Shown here: one piece after another, positions 1 through 13,110 of the stretch
How the letters are laid out: each line of letters starts with the position of its first letter
How positions within the stretch are numbered: position 1 is the first letter of the stretch
From: Octopus sinensis
Taxonomy: Eukaryota
DNA: 64,000 nucleotides
Direction: 5' to 3'
Assembly: GCF_006345805.1 (NCBI RefSeq)
Contig: NC_043008.1
Coordinates: 26,970,001-27,034,000, forward strand
Notes under the pieces: model-generated
What the model saw: the letters and a program-made list of their open reading frames with translations, nothing else
Told to the model about the DNA's origin: nothing
Databases searched by the model: none
Position numbers and translations under genes: made by a program

Positions 1-2999
1 CTAAGTAGTTATTCACTGGATGATTAATAGCACATGTCCACAACCATGGAATCCATGAAAAAGTCATTTTCTGTCACCTTCTCCTGTTCAGAAGAAGTAT
101 TTACTGTAATAATTGTAGACTATAAAAATAATTGATAATTATATAATAACCACAGTTGCTTTCAGAGAAGTACTGTGTAGTCACGGGATACTTACTGTGG
201 TTAGCTGGAGTGTATAGTATTGAATTTCAAAAGCTTCCAGTAATAGTATAAACTACTGAATGTTTGATCTGTAAACTTGCCTTCTTTTAACTCACTAGTT
301 GAGGCTATTTTGACTAGTTCAACGAATGGCATCATTAGTAGCTGCCATAATTACTAAAAGAGACAACACAAAATATATATTGGTTTTCACAGACAGAATA
401 AAAGACATCTTGATATTGTTTTAGATTTAATAAGGAACAAGGGGAGTTTACGAGTCATTGCTTTCTTTATATTATATATATTTTCTGGAAAATAGTAATC
501 TTTATTTTAATTTCATTGCTTCACTGAATGTTGGATATAAAAGGTGCTCATCAGCCATAATCAAATAATTGATACATTAGTATGTACAGTAATTGAAACA
601 GATCAAAGGAACTAAACAAGGCAGACCAATTATAGCTTGTGTCTTTGATGCATCATTAACCAACAAATATCCCTTTGTATTTATCAGCAATGATATTTAA
701 CAGAACAACAAACAGCTAACTGAAATTGTTGTATTTTTGTCCAGGAAAAACTGTGCAATGATACGTGTAGATGTATTATTTGTATACACCAGAGACTCAA
801 AGCTATTACTACAAAGTTGTTTGCTCACATGAATATTATCTGCTTCCATATATAATACTTTTTTATGGGTCAACCATATTCATGAATTTGAGCTGAAAAT
901 ATGACATTTGCTGAAACAATACTTATGGATAACCATCCTAAAATACATTTAGACATCATGCACTTCATTACAGTTTGAAAACGAGATTGAATTTTTAAAA
1001 GTCCACTAGTATTATTTCTACAAATGAGAAATTCACAAATATTTATCTTCATAGATGAAAATGTACAAAAGTCCACAAATACTTATTTCCACAAGCATTT
1101 ATAAAATCATCTTTAAAGGAATATTGAACAATTCATTTAATTTTGAATTATGAAAGCAAACTAACTGACTATGTATATATTTTTCACAGAAGGGTGAAAA
1201 TAATAAAATAAAATAAAATTTAAAATGCTTGTGTTTGATTATTAATTTTAACAAAGATTATCAATCAAATATAATCAACATTAACGATTGAAGGGAATAA
1301 TCAACAGAACTTGACTTTCTTATAGATAACATGTACGTATCAGAAATGAAATTGCTACAACTGATATTCAAAATCAAAGAGTGGAAGTTATTTCTCTAAA
1401 ATGTAGTTTGAACTTGTGGTATTTTCAAAAAGGTCAAGTTTTAAAATATTGCAGTAATGAGAGGAAAAAGAGTTTGTAAGTAAAATGTATGATTCCCATA
1501 AATACAAAAACAAATATATGAATATACAACTTCAACAGTTACAATTACGTAAACCAAAATCGTCTAGAAATTGTCATTACTACTTTACTAATGTAATAAC
1601 ACTTGACTTAAAGTTTTCCTTTCCTTACCTACTTTTACGACTATGACAGAAAGCTGTCAATTACAGATTTAGATGCTTTATATATATTGAATTTGTGTTT
1701 CATAGTTATCTATTGAAAACTTATGAATTTCAGTTTTAGAATATCAAAGATAGAATCAGAAGAACTAATACAACCTGGAGTTGATCCTGTTATTTAAATT
1801 TCCTCAGCTTATGATAAAGCGTGTTATGCCTATTTTAAAATAATTCCTTTTACACTTTTTTTTACACAGGTTCAATATCTTAAACTTTTGAGGGCATGAA
1901 GAAATAGGACATTATAATATTCATGACTATATTGAGGGAATTTGTGCCACAAATAAATCAGACTCAACTAGGAAATAAAACACTGACCCGACTATCAAGA
2001 AGTTTGCTCAATTTTGTATTAATTTCTCATGTCAATATTAGACCAAACCATTTTCCCAGAACATTTTTAAGCTGAGTCAAACTACTCCAGCACAGTACTG
2101 GTGCTACTATTATTCATCTCTGGCAGAACTAAACTTAGAGTTTGAAGAGAAGTAGCTAAATGCAGTCAGTCATTTTGTTCAGTCATTCTATTGACCCAGT
2201 ATACAATATTATTTACTCTTTTAGTCCCACATCCGCCATGATCTATGAGGAAAATAATCCGCATAGCTATTTATATATTTTGGTAGAATATGTAGAAATA
2301 CATTAAGAAATATATGCTTTCCCTATTTAAGTCTGTAGCTCCTGATTTGACGGAGTTTTGGCTGCTACATTCTAAGAAGTCAAGTGGCAGTATTGAATCT
2401 ATCCCTTCACCGTTTGCCAACATACTATATTAGAAATATTAGTTTCATACCCATCACTTCGCTGACGACAAAAAGGCAAAAGAATCTAAAGCTAATTTAT
2501 TTGTCCATTTAAGATGATCCATTTAATGTAAGATATATTCAGTTTAAATACAAAGAATCTTTGAGAGAATTATAAACTTATAACTTTATCTCTTCATTTC
2601 CTGAAGGGGTAAATCATAGAAATTTGAATCGTCATATAGCTGTATGTCGATAAATATCTAAGTGGAAAGCAATATATTAACCATTTAAACAACAAAATCG
2701 ACAGTTTTACTGACAGAAGATTTCGTGAAATTGTTTAGTCCCCTCAAAAATTAGTAGTTCCAAGTGCAAGAAGGAGCTGCACACAATAAGCTGAAATATG
2801 TTTTAGCAGAAGTAACTCTTTTATCGACTGAGGGTTTGGTAAATCTGTCGTTCTTTATACCTTTCTCTTCCTTCTTTTATTCCCATACCTTTCGGAAAGG
2901 AATGCATGAGCAAATGTAAACAATCATTATCGTTCATTACCTTGCATATGCGACATGAATAAATTGAGTTAAATAGTTTTTTTTTCTGTTTATGTAGAC

Positions 3000-3240
3000 G
3001 GTAACTTGGTGGTGGCGCTAGAGCATTGGACAGAATGCCATGCAATATTGTTTCAGCTTCCTCCCCTCTGAATTCAAAATTTGCCGAAGTCAATTTTTGT
3101 GTTTCATTCCATTAGGATAGATTAGAAAGTATCAATATAGGAAGATGGATTTGTGGAACTGAAAAAAATATTGAATCATGCGCCTGACGCTATTTGTTCT
3201 GTCTCTTTGCCTTCTGAATTCAAATCCCGCCACGGCATAC
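3000..3240 (+). mobile_element. Two degraded tandem copies of the tRNA-like (A/B-box) SINE
   Basis: Segments 'ctgaattcaaaatttgccgaagtc' and 'ttctgaattcaaatcccgcc' match the B-box region of the SINE seen intact at 56412 and 60025. Confidence 0.5.
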
Positions 3241-3243
3241 GTA

Positions 3244-4805
3244 CACTGACCAAAATCAGTTTAAGACCGATGATGACAGTTCTATTCATTCATTAATTTA
3301 ATTTTAACAAAACTGTATAAAATTATTTTACTTTTTACAGTTTATGTAAATTTTTTTCTCTTTCGAATGATTTTGGCGTTATATATTTTCCACAAATTGA
3401 ATAATTTTAATGCGCAATTAATTCAAATGATTAGAAATTGTCGGCAAAATAAGTTTAAGACGGTACCAACATTATTTTGTTTAAATTGAAAATGTATGGC
3501 ACAAATGATCAACGAACAAAAATGTATTATTAGTTTCTACTTCCATAGCAATTATTTTCAATTACAGCCTTATAACGGTGGGACCTGGAGTTCGACAAAT
3601 GAGCACAAAATCACTTGGAAGTTTCTGCCATATTTCTTCAATAAAAATAAATAATTGGGACAAATTTGTTGCTTTTTTATCATGAACTCTTTTAGAAATA
3701 TAATTCCATAAATTTTCTTTCAGATTCAAATCCCGGCTCTGTGGAGGCCATTCAATAACCACCATATGATTGTGCCCAAAATATTGCAAAACTTACCGCG
3801 TCATATGAAGGGGGCAAATGGCCTGCTGGAAAATAGATCCCAGTGACATCTAATTATTTAAATACCGCAGCACATTTTGATTTACTAATTGCAAATAGTC
3901 TACACTGTTTAGCCTGTCATCAAGCTTAACAACTGGACCAACACCTAAGCTTCTGAATGCAGCCCACAGCATCACCCCTTACCTCCTGCTTGCGCCGTTT
4001 TCTTGATAAACTTAGGATGGAAATCTTCAGTTGGACGGCGTCTAACATAAGTCTTTCCGTCTGATCAAAGATGTAGAAGCGGGATTCGTCTCTCCAAAGA
4101 ACTTTTGACCAGTCTTCGGCCGTCCATTCAATGTGGCTTTCTGAAAACTTGATCTACTTTCGCCGATTCGTCTCAGAAAATATCGGCTTCTTTCGAGCGA
4201 TCCGGCCGAACAGTCTAAATTCTTTCAGGCGGTTTCTAACAGTTTGTGGTGTGAAGCTGATGTCAGTTTCATCAGATAATTGCTTGCAAATGTCCACTGC
4301 TGTTAGCATTTTGTTGCCTTCAGTGAGCCTATGAATTCGCCGATCCATCTCTATATTGTTGTTTATCTCGGAGCGCCTGTTCTTTGCCGATCTTCGTATT
4401 GGCTAGTGGCTTGGTAAAGCTTTCATGTTTGAACACAAACCGTTTTGCTGCATCCAAATTGTCTACAAATGTTCATGTAAGACACATTTTGCTGATGAAG
4501 CAACACGATTTTTGATCGAGTAACTGACTGATACTACTAGCGAATTAATGTGCACCAATGCTCGATTATTAAACATAACAGCGCAGTACGGCCAGCCATA
4601 TGACCAACTATTTGGTTTATTAATTTGCATAATCGTTGTACGGTCTTAAACTGATTTTGCCGACAATTTCTTATCCTTTGAGTGAATTGCGCATTAAAAT
4701 TATTCGAATTGTAGAAATATATATAACGCCTATGTCATTCGAAAGAAAAAATATTCCACACAAACTGTAAAAAGTAAAATAATTTTATACAATTTTGTTA
4801 AAAAT
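3244..4805 (-). mobile_element. Tc1-family DNA transposon with long IR/DR-type terminal inverted repeats; right outer end lost
   Basis: TA at 3242-3243. Left arm 3300-3470 is the reverse complement of 4636-4805. A 19-bp direct repeat (caaaatcagtttaagaccg) occurs at 3251, 3445 and, inverted, at 4641. Transposase fragments lie between the arms. Confidence 0.9.
3562..4560 (-). pseudogene. Tc1 transposase pseudogene (frameshifted)
   Basis: ORF pieces: HTH region 'TPQTVRNRLKEFRLFGRIARKKP' (4154-4348) and catalytic C-terminus 'WPPQSRDLNLKENLW' (3562-3789), which resembles the Tc1 WPxQSPDLNPIENLW motif. Confidence 0.9.
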
Positions 4806-5603
4806 ATATTATAAATTATTTCAAACTCATCTTGATTTGAAAGTGTGATGAATGAAAAGACAAAGAAGCACATAGATTACCAGGTAGTAATGTTGAAAGA
4901 AGTCACCATCTGTTTGCCCTACATTTATTAGCAGATTCTGTGATTTTTCACACACTCTCCCAAGTGTTAGAAAAAAGTAAACTTTAATTTTAATATCACC
5001 CGTTTTCATTCTCTTCTATTAAAATTTTAAAGTTATGTTCCCAATAAGAATCCATAATTTACAGGGTGTATAAATAGATAATTCAAAAGAGAAGCACTAA
5101 ATACTGTAGTCGTATTATGTGTTCCCAGTTCAAATCATTCTGAAAGTCAACTTTCCCTTGATTATTCTTGGAGCAGTAAAAAAAAACACCAGCAATACAC
5201 AGTGATTAGTGCAAACAAATGACACCAATCAAAGTGAAAATTAACCTTCCTCATTATTAACAAACGTATTCAGTTTTAACCTTTCAGCTTAAAATATCTG
5301 TTTAATACATTTTTCTTAGGAAAAGAATAATTTAAATTTGTTTTAATCTTCAGTTCTTAAAGCACATTTCTTGGTGAAGTGAAAACAGTAAATGTAGTTG
5401 CAATATAAAAATATATATTAAAAACATGTGTAAAAATCAGGAAAGACAATAAATGTTGCGTGTAAGAAATAAGTATATGGAAAGTTATTGCTTCAGCTAA
5501 ATGTTCAGTTATGCAAGAACATATTAAAACTAGAGATATTTACAGTGCTACATATCAATAACTGCATTGCATGCACATACTATTCATTCAATTCTATTCA
5601 TTC

Positions 5604-5812
5604 ACTAAGGTGACGAGCTAACAGAATCGTGAGCACACCAGACAAAATGCTTAGCGGCATTTCATCTGTCTTTTCTTTCTGCTGAGGTCGACTTTGCATT
5701 TTATTACTTCGGGGTCGATTAAAAAAGTATCGGTTGAACAATGGGGTCGATGTAATCGACTTATTCCCTCTCCTGAAATCACTGGGCTAGTGTCAACATT
5801 TGAAACCAATAT
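5604..5812 (+). mobile_element. tRNA-like SINE, near full length
   Basis: 'aaggtgacgagctaacagaatcgt...gaggtcgactttgc...ggggtcgatgtaatcgactt...tttgaaaccaat' matches the other copies in the window. Confidence 0.8.
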
Positions 5813-8800
5813 ATTTCTATAAGTTATCATTTTTACCTCTGAGATTTAAATTGTAATGGTGAACAAGGCGGCATTGTACTGACCTAGAGAAATCAAAATA
5901 GTGCTATGCATTTAGAGTAATGAACAAATATTTTGTATATTTAATCTGTTATTAACAACACAATAGTAAAAGATAGGTGTGCACAGAAAGAAACTTTGTT
6001 AAAAAAAACATGCTTGATTTTGGTTATGAAGAAACTCCAGAAAATCAAGAAAATTCTGTATGAAAACTCTATAAAGCAGAATATACATTGGAAACATCAA
6101 TGAAAAAAAATCAAATCAATGCCAGTGCATTTTATATGTAAGGAAACTATAAATCGTTAAAATTTGATTAACAATAATCTAAGAAAATGAACTGGATTAT
6201 CCACCAGTAGTTATGAACCCAGATATTGATATAGTATTAATTGTTTTATTTGGGCTGTGAAAGAGGTTCTTTAATTTCCTTTTTCTCTCCGTTCTGCTGA
6301 CGATATCTGGTAAAATAGTAAGTAGTGCAAATATTCAAGACAGATATTCAGCACAAATATGTAGAATCAAGGACCCTAAATTATAGGTAGTGAAAACAAT
6401 TAGGCCAACTTCAGTTTCGTTATCTTCGCAAAATATGCAAGTTCAAATGACATTACATAATGCTCAATATAGGATTTTCAAAGTGAAAAAAAGGTGTTGT
6501 TTTCTTAATGTCAAGGGAAAAGAGAAAGCCCCCCCCCCCAATAAACAGACACATAAAATATGAAATACGACCATCGACCCAAAGCCCTAGAAAGACAGAC
6601 ACCCAAACAGAAAGATAAACATGACACATACAACCATCAACCTATAAAACATGGAGACAACAAACAGAATATGAACAACCACGAATGCATAACGCTGGAC
6701 GAAGTAAATGGATGCACACATCGAACAATAGACAAGTAGATAGAAATCAACACATAATCTACAATAAAAGTCGAAAACTCTACACCGTACAAACATCAAT
6801 TCCATGCGACCCCACTTAATTTATAAGATGGACAGAAAACAAGCACCACTATCAAAATAATTACAAGCATACATTATTAACACATTCTCCCACCAACAAG
6901 GAAACCTGAACTCCAGGAATGGAAATTAGCTCAACAAACACAGAGGATGGGAAGAAAACAACTGCCACAGACAAAAAACACATACAGACCATATATATAT
7001 ACAGACACCCCTACCTCTACAAGAAAACCTAAAAATGGAATTTGGAGACACAACAACACAATCCCTTTTTTAGGGAAAGGATACTTCAATCATACTCCGG
7101 ACCCAACATACTAAATAATTCCGAATGAACACGCAAAACACATAGACACCAAAATAATAAACCTAACTGAAAGAGAACTTAGCGAAAATGAAATGAACCT
7201 ACTACTAAAAGGCCTCAAATTTAGACCTACACCCACTCCGAATCTCATAGAACTAAAAACTGATATAGATAACTTTCGCCGCCGCCGCCGCCCTATGGAA
7301 TTCTTTGAAAATAAGGTAACAGAAGATGACTCAATCATAAGAAAATATCCCAATTCACCCCTTAAGAGGGGAGTAACAATCACCTAGACACATACATAGA
7401 GACAATCTGCAAATTACCTCTCAACACACATAAATGCAAACAGAACCTCCACAGAGGAGAAAAACAAGCCTTACAAAAGCTAAAAAAATGACAAGTCGAT
7501 CGTCTTAAAAGAAGCTGACAAAGGTAGAGCCATAGTAATTATGTATACAGATACCCACAAAGAAGATACCAAAGATTCTTAACAACCAAACATACTATAA
7601 AGAGGAATCAACACAACCGGAGAAAGCAACATTAGTCAATGAATACCAGGACTCCTTTACAGACAAGGAGAAAGACTATTTATGCAACTCATGAACCAAA
7701 GAAATCATTTTTATGGACTACCTAAAGTTCATAAAAGCTCTAAAATACAGAGTGCCATAAAAGAACAGAGGAGCCATTATATAAGAATACAAAGGCCCAC
7801 AAACCTCACAATGAGACCAATAGTTTCAGGGTTCTAAGCACCAACAAAACAACTAAGCCACTTCATTGATGTATTCCTCAAACCTTTATGCCCACTGATA
7901 CCAAGCTACATAAGGAATGATAGACTTTCTTACACATTCCAAATACAGTTTCGGGAAACACCATACTTGCAATCTTCGATGTCGCAAACTTATACACGAA
8001 CATACCACACGCCCTGGGTCTGGAGGCTATAAAACACTGGGTAGAAAACTACAGGGAATTCATAGATAAACGCTTCAAAACAGACTTTGTCACCAAAGCC
8101 ACCCAATTAATACTTAAAGAAAACACATTCACATTTAACAGCAAATAAAAGGCACGGCTATGGTTACGAAATTTGCACCTTCATATGCCAACCTGGTTAT
8201 GGGTTTCCTTGACAACAAACTATACGAGGAAATAGGGAAAATCTTCGAACACGACTTCAGAGAAGACATAAAGAAAAAGTGCAAACGCTACCTCGATGAC
8301 TCTTTCATCTTTTGGAACAGATCAGAAGTTCTACGAACATTTGACAACATCCTCAACACACTGCACCGATCAATCAACTTTACGACAGAAACCAGCTATA
8401 ACGAACTTCTCATCCTAGACATCAACATCGAGATCCACAACTCCATCGTCACAACAGATATCTATTACAAAAACTCCAACACACACCAATATCTAAATTT
8501 CTACTTTTGCCACCCATCTCATATAAAAAGAAACATTCTATATAGTATGGCAGGACGCATATGCAGCATAATGGTCGACTTACAAACACGCCAAATAAGA
8601 CAAAATGCTCTTAAAACTTACTACTAGAATAGAATTACCCACTCAAATTAATAGAAAACGGAATCTCAAGAGCAATGAAAGTGGACTTCACAAAACTCAA
8701 AGCTCCAAAAAAGAAATGCTAAGAAAACATCATCCCATTCATAAACACACTCAACCCTAGAGTTACCAACATGTTTCAACCTTACCAATAGTCCTACAAA

Positions 8801-9409
8801 GCCCCCAAATGGGAAACCTATTAAAGAAATACTGCATAAGAAGCAGTAAACGCCAAGAAAAAAACTTGAAAAAAAAACAACTGACAAGAGCACAGTTCTC
8901 ATCAGAGAATGAAACCGAATTCTTTGTGAAAGAATGTGGAGATAGTAGATGTGGGATCTGCAGTAACCCCATCTACAAATTTATAGAGGAAAACAACCAA
9001 ATAAAATTTAAGAGTGGACACACATTCAAAGCAAACATGAATTGGAAGACACAAAACAGAATATATTGCATAACCTGTCCCACATGCAAAGAGACCTATA
9101 TAGGTGAAACGGGCAATTCTTTATGCCAACGAGCCAGAATTCACTGATAGCATATCCAACAGGGAGAGAAGCAAAACATTCCACTAAATAAACACTTAGA
9201 AACATGTGGATAAGGAAGATTCAAGATCTTTCCCTTCTATAAATGCCCAAGGAATGACACCTTCTTCAGAAAAAATATGGAACAACACTTCATAGCAAAA
9301 TTCTCCCCGAAACTGAATGACTGAAAATATGAAGATCACATCAACTTCCTTATAAACCCATCTGGAGCCCTTAGATATATGTATATGTGTGTATGTGTAT
9401 GTATTTACA

Positions 9410-9475
9410 TATATAGAAACATTCTTTCATCCAGATTTTCCAACCCATTCCAGCATGGTAGTCAAACATCGGACA

Positions 9476-9529
<54 letters not shown>

Positions 9530-9545
9530 GTGATAATGATAATAA
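9410..9545 (+). repeat. Short RTE/SINE-type 3' tail ending in (GAT)n
   Basis: 'ccaacccattccagcatgg...cggacaat' followed by a pure (GAT)n run. This run explains the poly-D, poly-M and poly-H ORFs. Confidence 0.55.
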
Positions 9546-10082
9546 TTCCAGACAATGTTTTGAAAAATAACTTTCATTATTCTTCATCAAAACAGAGTAA
9601 CCACCTGGTCTTGCCATTTTTACAGACCAAGAATCAACTTGTCATCTATTGAAAGAACTGACCAACTGTATAGATATAAACACGTTTTACTTCCTTCTTT
9701 CTTCCTTCTTTTGTTTCCTTCTCTTTTCCATTGTCATTAAGAAAAAAACATTTTTTTTCACTTTGAAAATATTTTTCTTTCAGACCCCCTGGTGAGCTGG
9801 CCGAACCAAAGCGAGCATCCGTTCTAGCCACCTACTTAAAAATGCATATTCTTTTCCTTTTCTTTTTGTCTCTTGTTCAAAGCGCTTCCTACCAGATACA
9901 CAAGCACACACACACACATTGCACGCACACACTCTCTCTCACTTTCTCGCTCCACTATCTCCCCATTCTTCTCCCACTTTTCCTACCCTATACACTCCAC
10001 ATTACTCTTCTTTCACCCCTTTCTGTGCACCCTAACCCATTCACTAATACTATAAAAGAGACTAAATCCTTTCACAAAATTT

Positions 10083-10130
10083 AAATCTGAAGAATCTATT
10101 AGAGTAGATGAAAGCGCTTATATATGATTT
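10083..10130 (+). ncRNA. Minimal type I hammerhead-like motif at the 3' end of the Penelope-like element (stem I imperfect)
   Basis: CTGAAGA at 10087-93; perfect stem II atcta/tagat; GAAA at 10110-13; palindromic agcgct stem III; weak stem I (aaat/attt). Confidence 0.55.
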
Positions 10131-10139
10131 GTAAAAACA

Positions 10140-10860
10140 TTATAACGGAGTGAGTTGCAAAATCCCCAACATGTTTAGAAAAAGGAGTCAAAACCACGAT
10201 AAAGTCATTATTGTCATTCATATTTTATCTCCTCACTATAAAGCTATCTGCGAGCGGCATGACACACAAAATTCACAATTTAAAAATAAAAGGTTAATTC
10301 TCTATTGCAATTTCGAAGTTAGGAACCTATCGTACCATTTTATATACCGATTCGCAAAATAACGGATACAAATAATATAACGGATCCATTCCTCTCATCA
10401 GGAGAATATTCCTATAGAAACAAAGTGATACAAAATCATATCTTAGAGCTTACATTATCCCGACCGGCAAGAATAATTCTGAATACAAATGTCATGCACA
10501 GCATTTATGAGAAAAGACCAGTAAATCGAGTCATGGCAAAATATGAGTGAGAAAATGTATATCCGTTATTTTACGATACGGTTTATAATATTGTTTAATA
10601 GGTTCCTAACTTCGAAATTCCAATAGAAAATTAACCTTTTACTTTTAAATTGTGGATTTTATAAGTCATGTCGCTCGCAGACAGCTTTTTAGTGAGGAGA
10701 TAAAATATGAGTGATAATAGACTTGACTGTTATTTTTAAACACGTAAGGGTTCTTGCAACCCTCTCCGTTATAATTATGGTTTTCATAATTATAAACACT
10801 CATCTTTTATCTAATTTATTAATACATGTTTGGCCATCGATATATTCATGGATATTTTAA
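10140..10860. mobile_element. Fold-back element: about 230-bp inverted arms, spacer and conserved tail; probably Penelope pLTR-derived
   Basis: 10140-10370 is the reverse complement of 10561-10774. The tail after the right arm contains 'tggccatcgata', which is also found next to the fold-backs at 26.6 and 27.1 kb. Confidence 0.8.
10297..10407 (-). ncRNA. Type I hammerhead ribozyme with intact core and long stem II insert
   Basis: Minus strand reads attctc-CTGATGA-(80 nt, with ga/tc and ggaa/ttcc pairing)-GAAA-ttgcaa-TA-gagaat. Stem I is a perfect 6 bp, stem III is palindromic, and the cleavage triplet is AUA. Confidence 0.75.
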
Positions 10861-11156
10861 ATCTCAGTCACAAAGATCCTTTATCATAAATAATTATTTA
10901 TGTTCATGATATATCCTTCGTAATGTATTTTTACATTTCCTTATATTATATATATATACACACATACATACATACATATATACATACATACATACATACA
11001 TACATACATACATACATACATACATACATACATACATACATAGAAGCATAGGAAGCTAGGTACACACACACATGTATATATGGATCTATCTTTCTATGTA
11101 GGTATATACGTACAGACAGACACACAAACTCTCGCACACCCACACGTACACGCATG

Positions 11157-11196
<40 letters not shown>

Positions 11197-12914
11197 CTCT
11201 CTCTCTCTAACACACACATATATACATCTATATACTTATCTATATAAGTGATGATAAAGAAATTACCATGAAATCAAAAACAGCCAAGAGAAAAGTTATT
11301 GTTATTAGTCTAACGCTCAGAGAAACAAATGACTAAATATTTGGGATAAAATTCCCGGGAAAAGAAGGAAATTAATACTTTCAAAGAAAATGATGTGGAA
11401 CACCGTTTCGAAATTACTTGAAATGACAAGAAAGATTTCATAGGAGAACGGACGGGGAGCTAGGTTTTAAGGTTTCTGTGTGTGTCTGAATTTGAAAGTT
11501 GTTCTATAGAGGAAAGTATTGTTTGAGCACTGTTTTGCGCGCGTGTGCATATATTTCTTGATGTATAAGAAGGTGTGTACGTATTGGTGTTTTTGTGTTG
11601 TGGATTTATATATACGTGCAAGTATGTTTGCAATGTATGTGTACATTTTCAGTATTGGTGTATAAGAAGTTGAGTATGTGGTATATGACACTTGTTTTGA
11701 AATGCCTGAATGCTTATTTTATTGTATGTTTATATCGGTGTTTCAAAAGTGTTTGTACATACGACTGTACATTTACTCTGTATGTGTGTGTGTGTGCGTG
11801 TGTAATGCACGAGTTGCTTTTGTGTGTGTATGCGCATATGTGTAACACTTATGTATGTGTATTTCTCTGTGCAATGATTAAAAAAGCCGAAAATGTGTTA
11901 CGAATATGAGAGCGTGGTGGTAAACATTGGAAGTGAAAATGCTACTTTCCTTTTCTGAAATGAGTGGTTAAATTCAACGATTAACAAATACCAACTTGAT
12001 GCTCCATCTGAATACCATGAAACTTTATATAATCTAGGGATGCCAGTGAACTTAGCTCGAATGCCTCTGGGCCACTTTCAATCCTTCCTTCTGCTTTAAG
12101 AACAAGATCATAGGATTGGATTTTGCTCGTAGTATAAAGTAAAAAGCTTCCTACATTCCCTGTACTTACATATACTGTGTTGACTCGTAACACTTGATGT
12201 GACAACAGGTAGAGAAAAATTCAAAATGTGATACACATCACTGTAAGCATACACACACATACACGCACGGACGCATATTCACATATTAACAAAAAAGTGG
12301 TGTACGGCGAATTGTCGAATCGTACCTCGAAAAGAAATGCAGACAAGTGTTTGAGGTGAATCTTTTATCAAAGTATAGTAAAAAAAAAAGAGATTAAAAA
12401 AATGAAACAAGAATGGAAACGATACTTGCTTAAAGTATATGTCTTTTTTTCGACTAGCTGGTGTATATATATATATAAACACGCACACATGCATATACAG
12501 CCATATATTAATTATTTTTGTTGGTTGGTCCCATTATTTCCCTTGGCATAAAGGATTAAGTGTTTTGTGATAAGTGTCAGAAGAAAGTTAGAAAACGTTG
12601 TATAGAAGTTAATGGATTAGATCAGCTGCAGATTGTGAGCGTGAAAGTGGTAGAAAAAGTCAATGGTCAGAATCTTGAGAGGCACGCGGGCTGACATGCG
12701 GTTAGTTTATTTCAGATTGTGAGGAAAGGAAAAAGTGAGTGAAGGTAACATAAATAGCTTAAAAAAAGACAATATGCAACACAAGTAGGAGTAAAGCCTG
12801 AAGGAAATACTTTTGAAATATTAATATGTACCATGACATCATTTGTATGGTTACTTCATTACCACACATATATATGCACACACACGTATAGACACATATG
12901 TGTCTATACGCCCA

Positions 12915-12916
<2 letters not shown>

Positions 12917-12974
<58 letters not shown>

Positions 12975-12998
12975 AATCTATCTATCTATCTATCTAGT
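12917..12998. repeat. (TATC)n microsatellite
   Basis: Direct reading of the sequence. Confidence 0.95.
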
Positions 12999-13110
12999 TG
13001 GAATTTACAAAAAAAAAGATAAAATTAAAGACGAAGACGGGTTGTAAACAAGAAACAGATATATTAGTTTAACGCTCGGGAAGTGAGAAAGTCTTTTACG
13101 TTTCGAGCCT
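12998..13110 (-). mobile_element. Truncated Penelope-type terminal repeat carrying only the 3' half of a hammerhead
   Basis: Minus strand reads 'ctc-GAAA-cg-TA-aaagac' followed by a pLTR-like tail. The CUGAUGA half is replaced by (TAGA)n. Confidence 0.5.

Larger units (their letters stand above)
6530..10135 (+). mobile_element. Penelope-like element (RT + GIY-YIG), degraded, with probable 3' pLTR region
   Basis: Fragments 'LLLKGLKFRPTP' (7193), RT 'FAPSYANLVMG...RYLDD' (8160-8627) and GIY-YIG 'IYCITCPTCKETYIGETG...QRARIH' (8809-9147). A pyrimidine-rich 3' region ends in a hammerhead-like motif at about 10087. Confidence 0.85.

Noticed and set aside
1-2800. Coding-looking minus-strand frames (550-1076, 1-120) and several splice-acceptor-like sites
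   Set aside because: The frames contain stops or shifts, no protein family was recognised, and no consistent exon chain could be built. Such features arise by chance in AT-rich DNA.
9371-9652. Poly-H, poly-D and poly-M ORFs, and similar low-complexity ORFs at 16775-17323, 44648-45061 and 60759-61028
   Set aside because: They are translations of (GAT)n, (AAT)n and (TA)/(CA) microsatellites.
9785-9830. CTGGTGA-gct...agc-GAGC, a possible second hammerhead in the Penelope 3' region
   Set aside because: Both core boxes are mutated and no stem I or III was found.
11400-11455. Minus-strand 'ctatga...ttcGAAAcgg' hammerhead-like trace
   Set aside because: The core has a deletion and there is no stem I complement.
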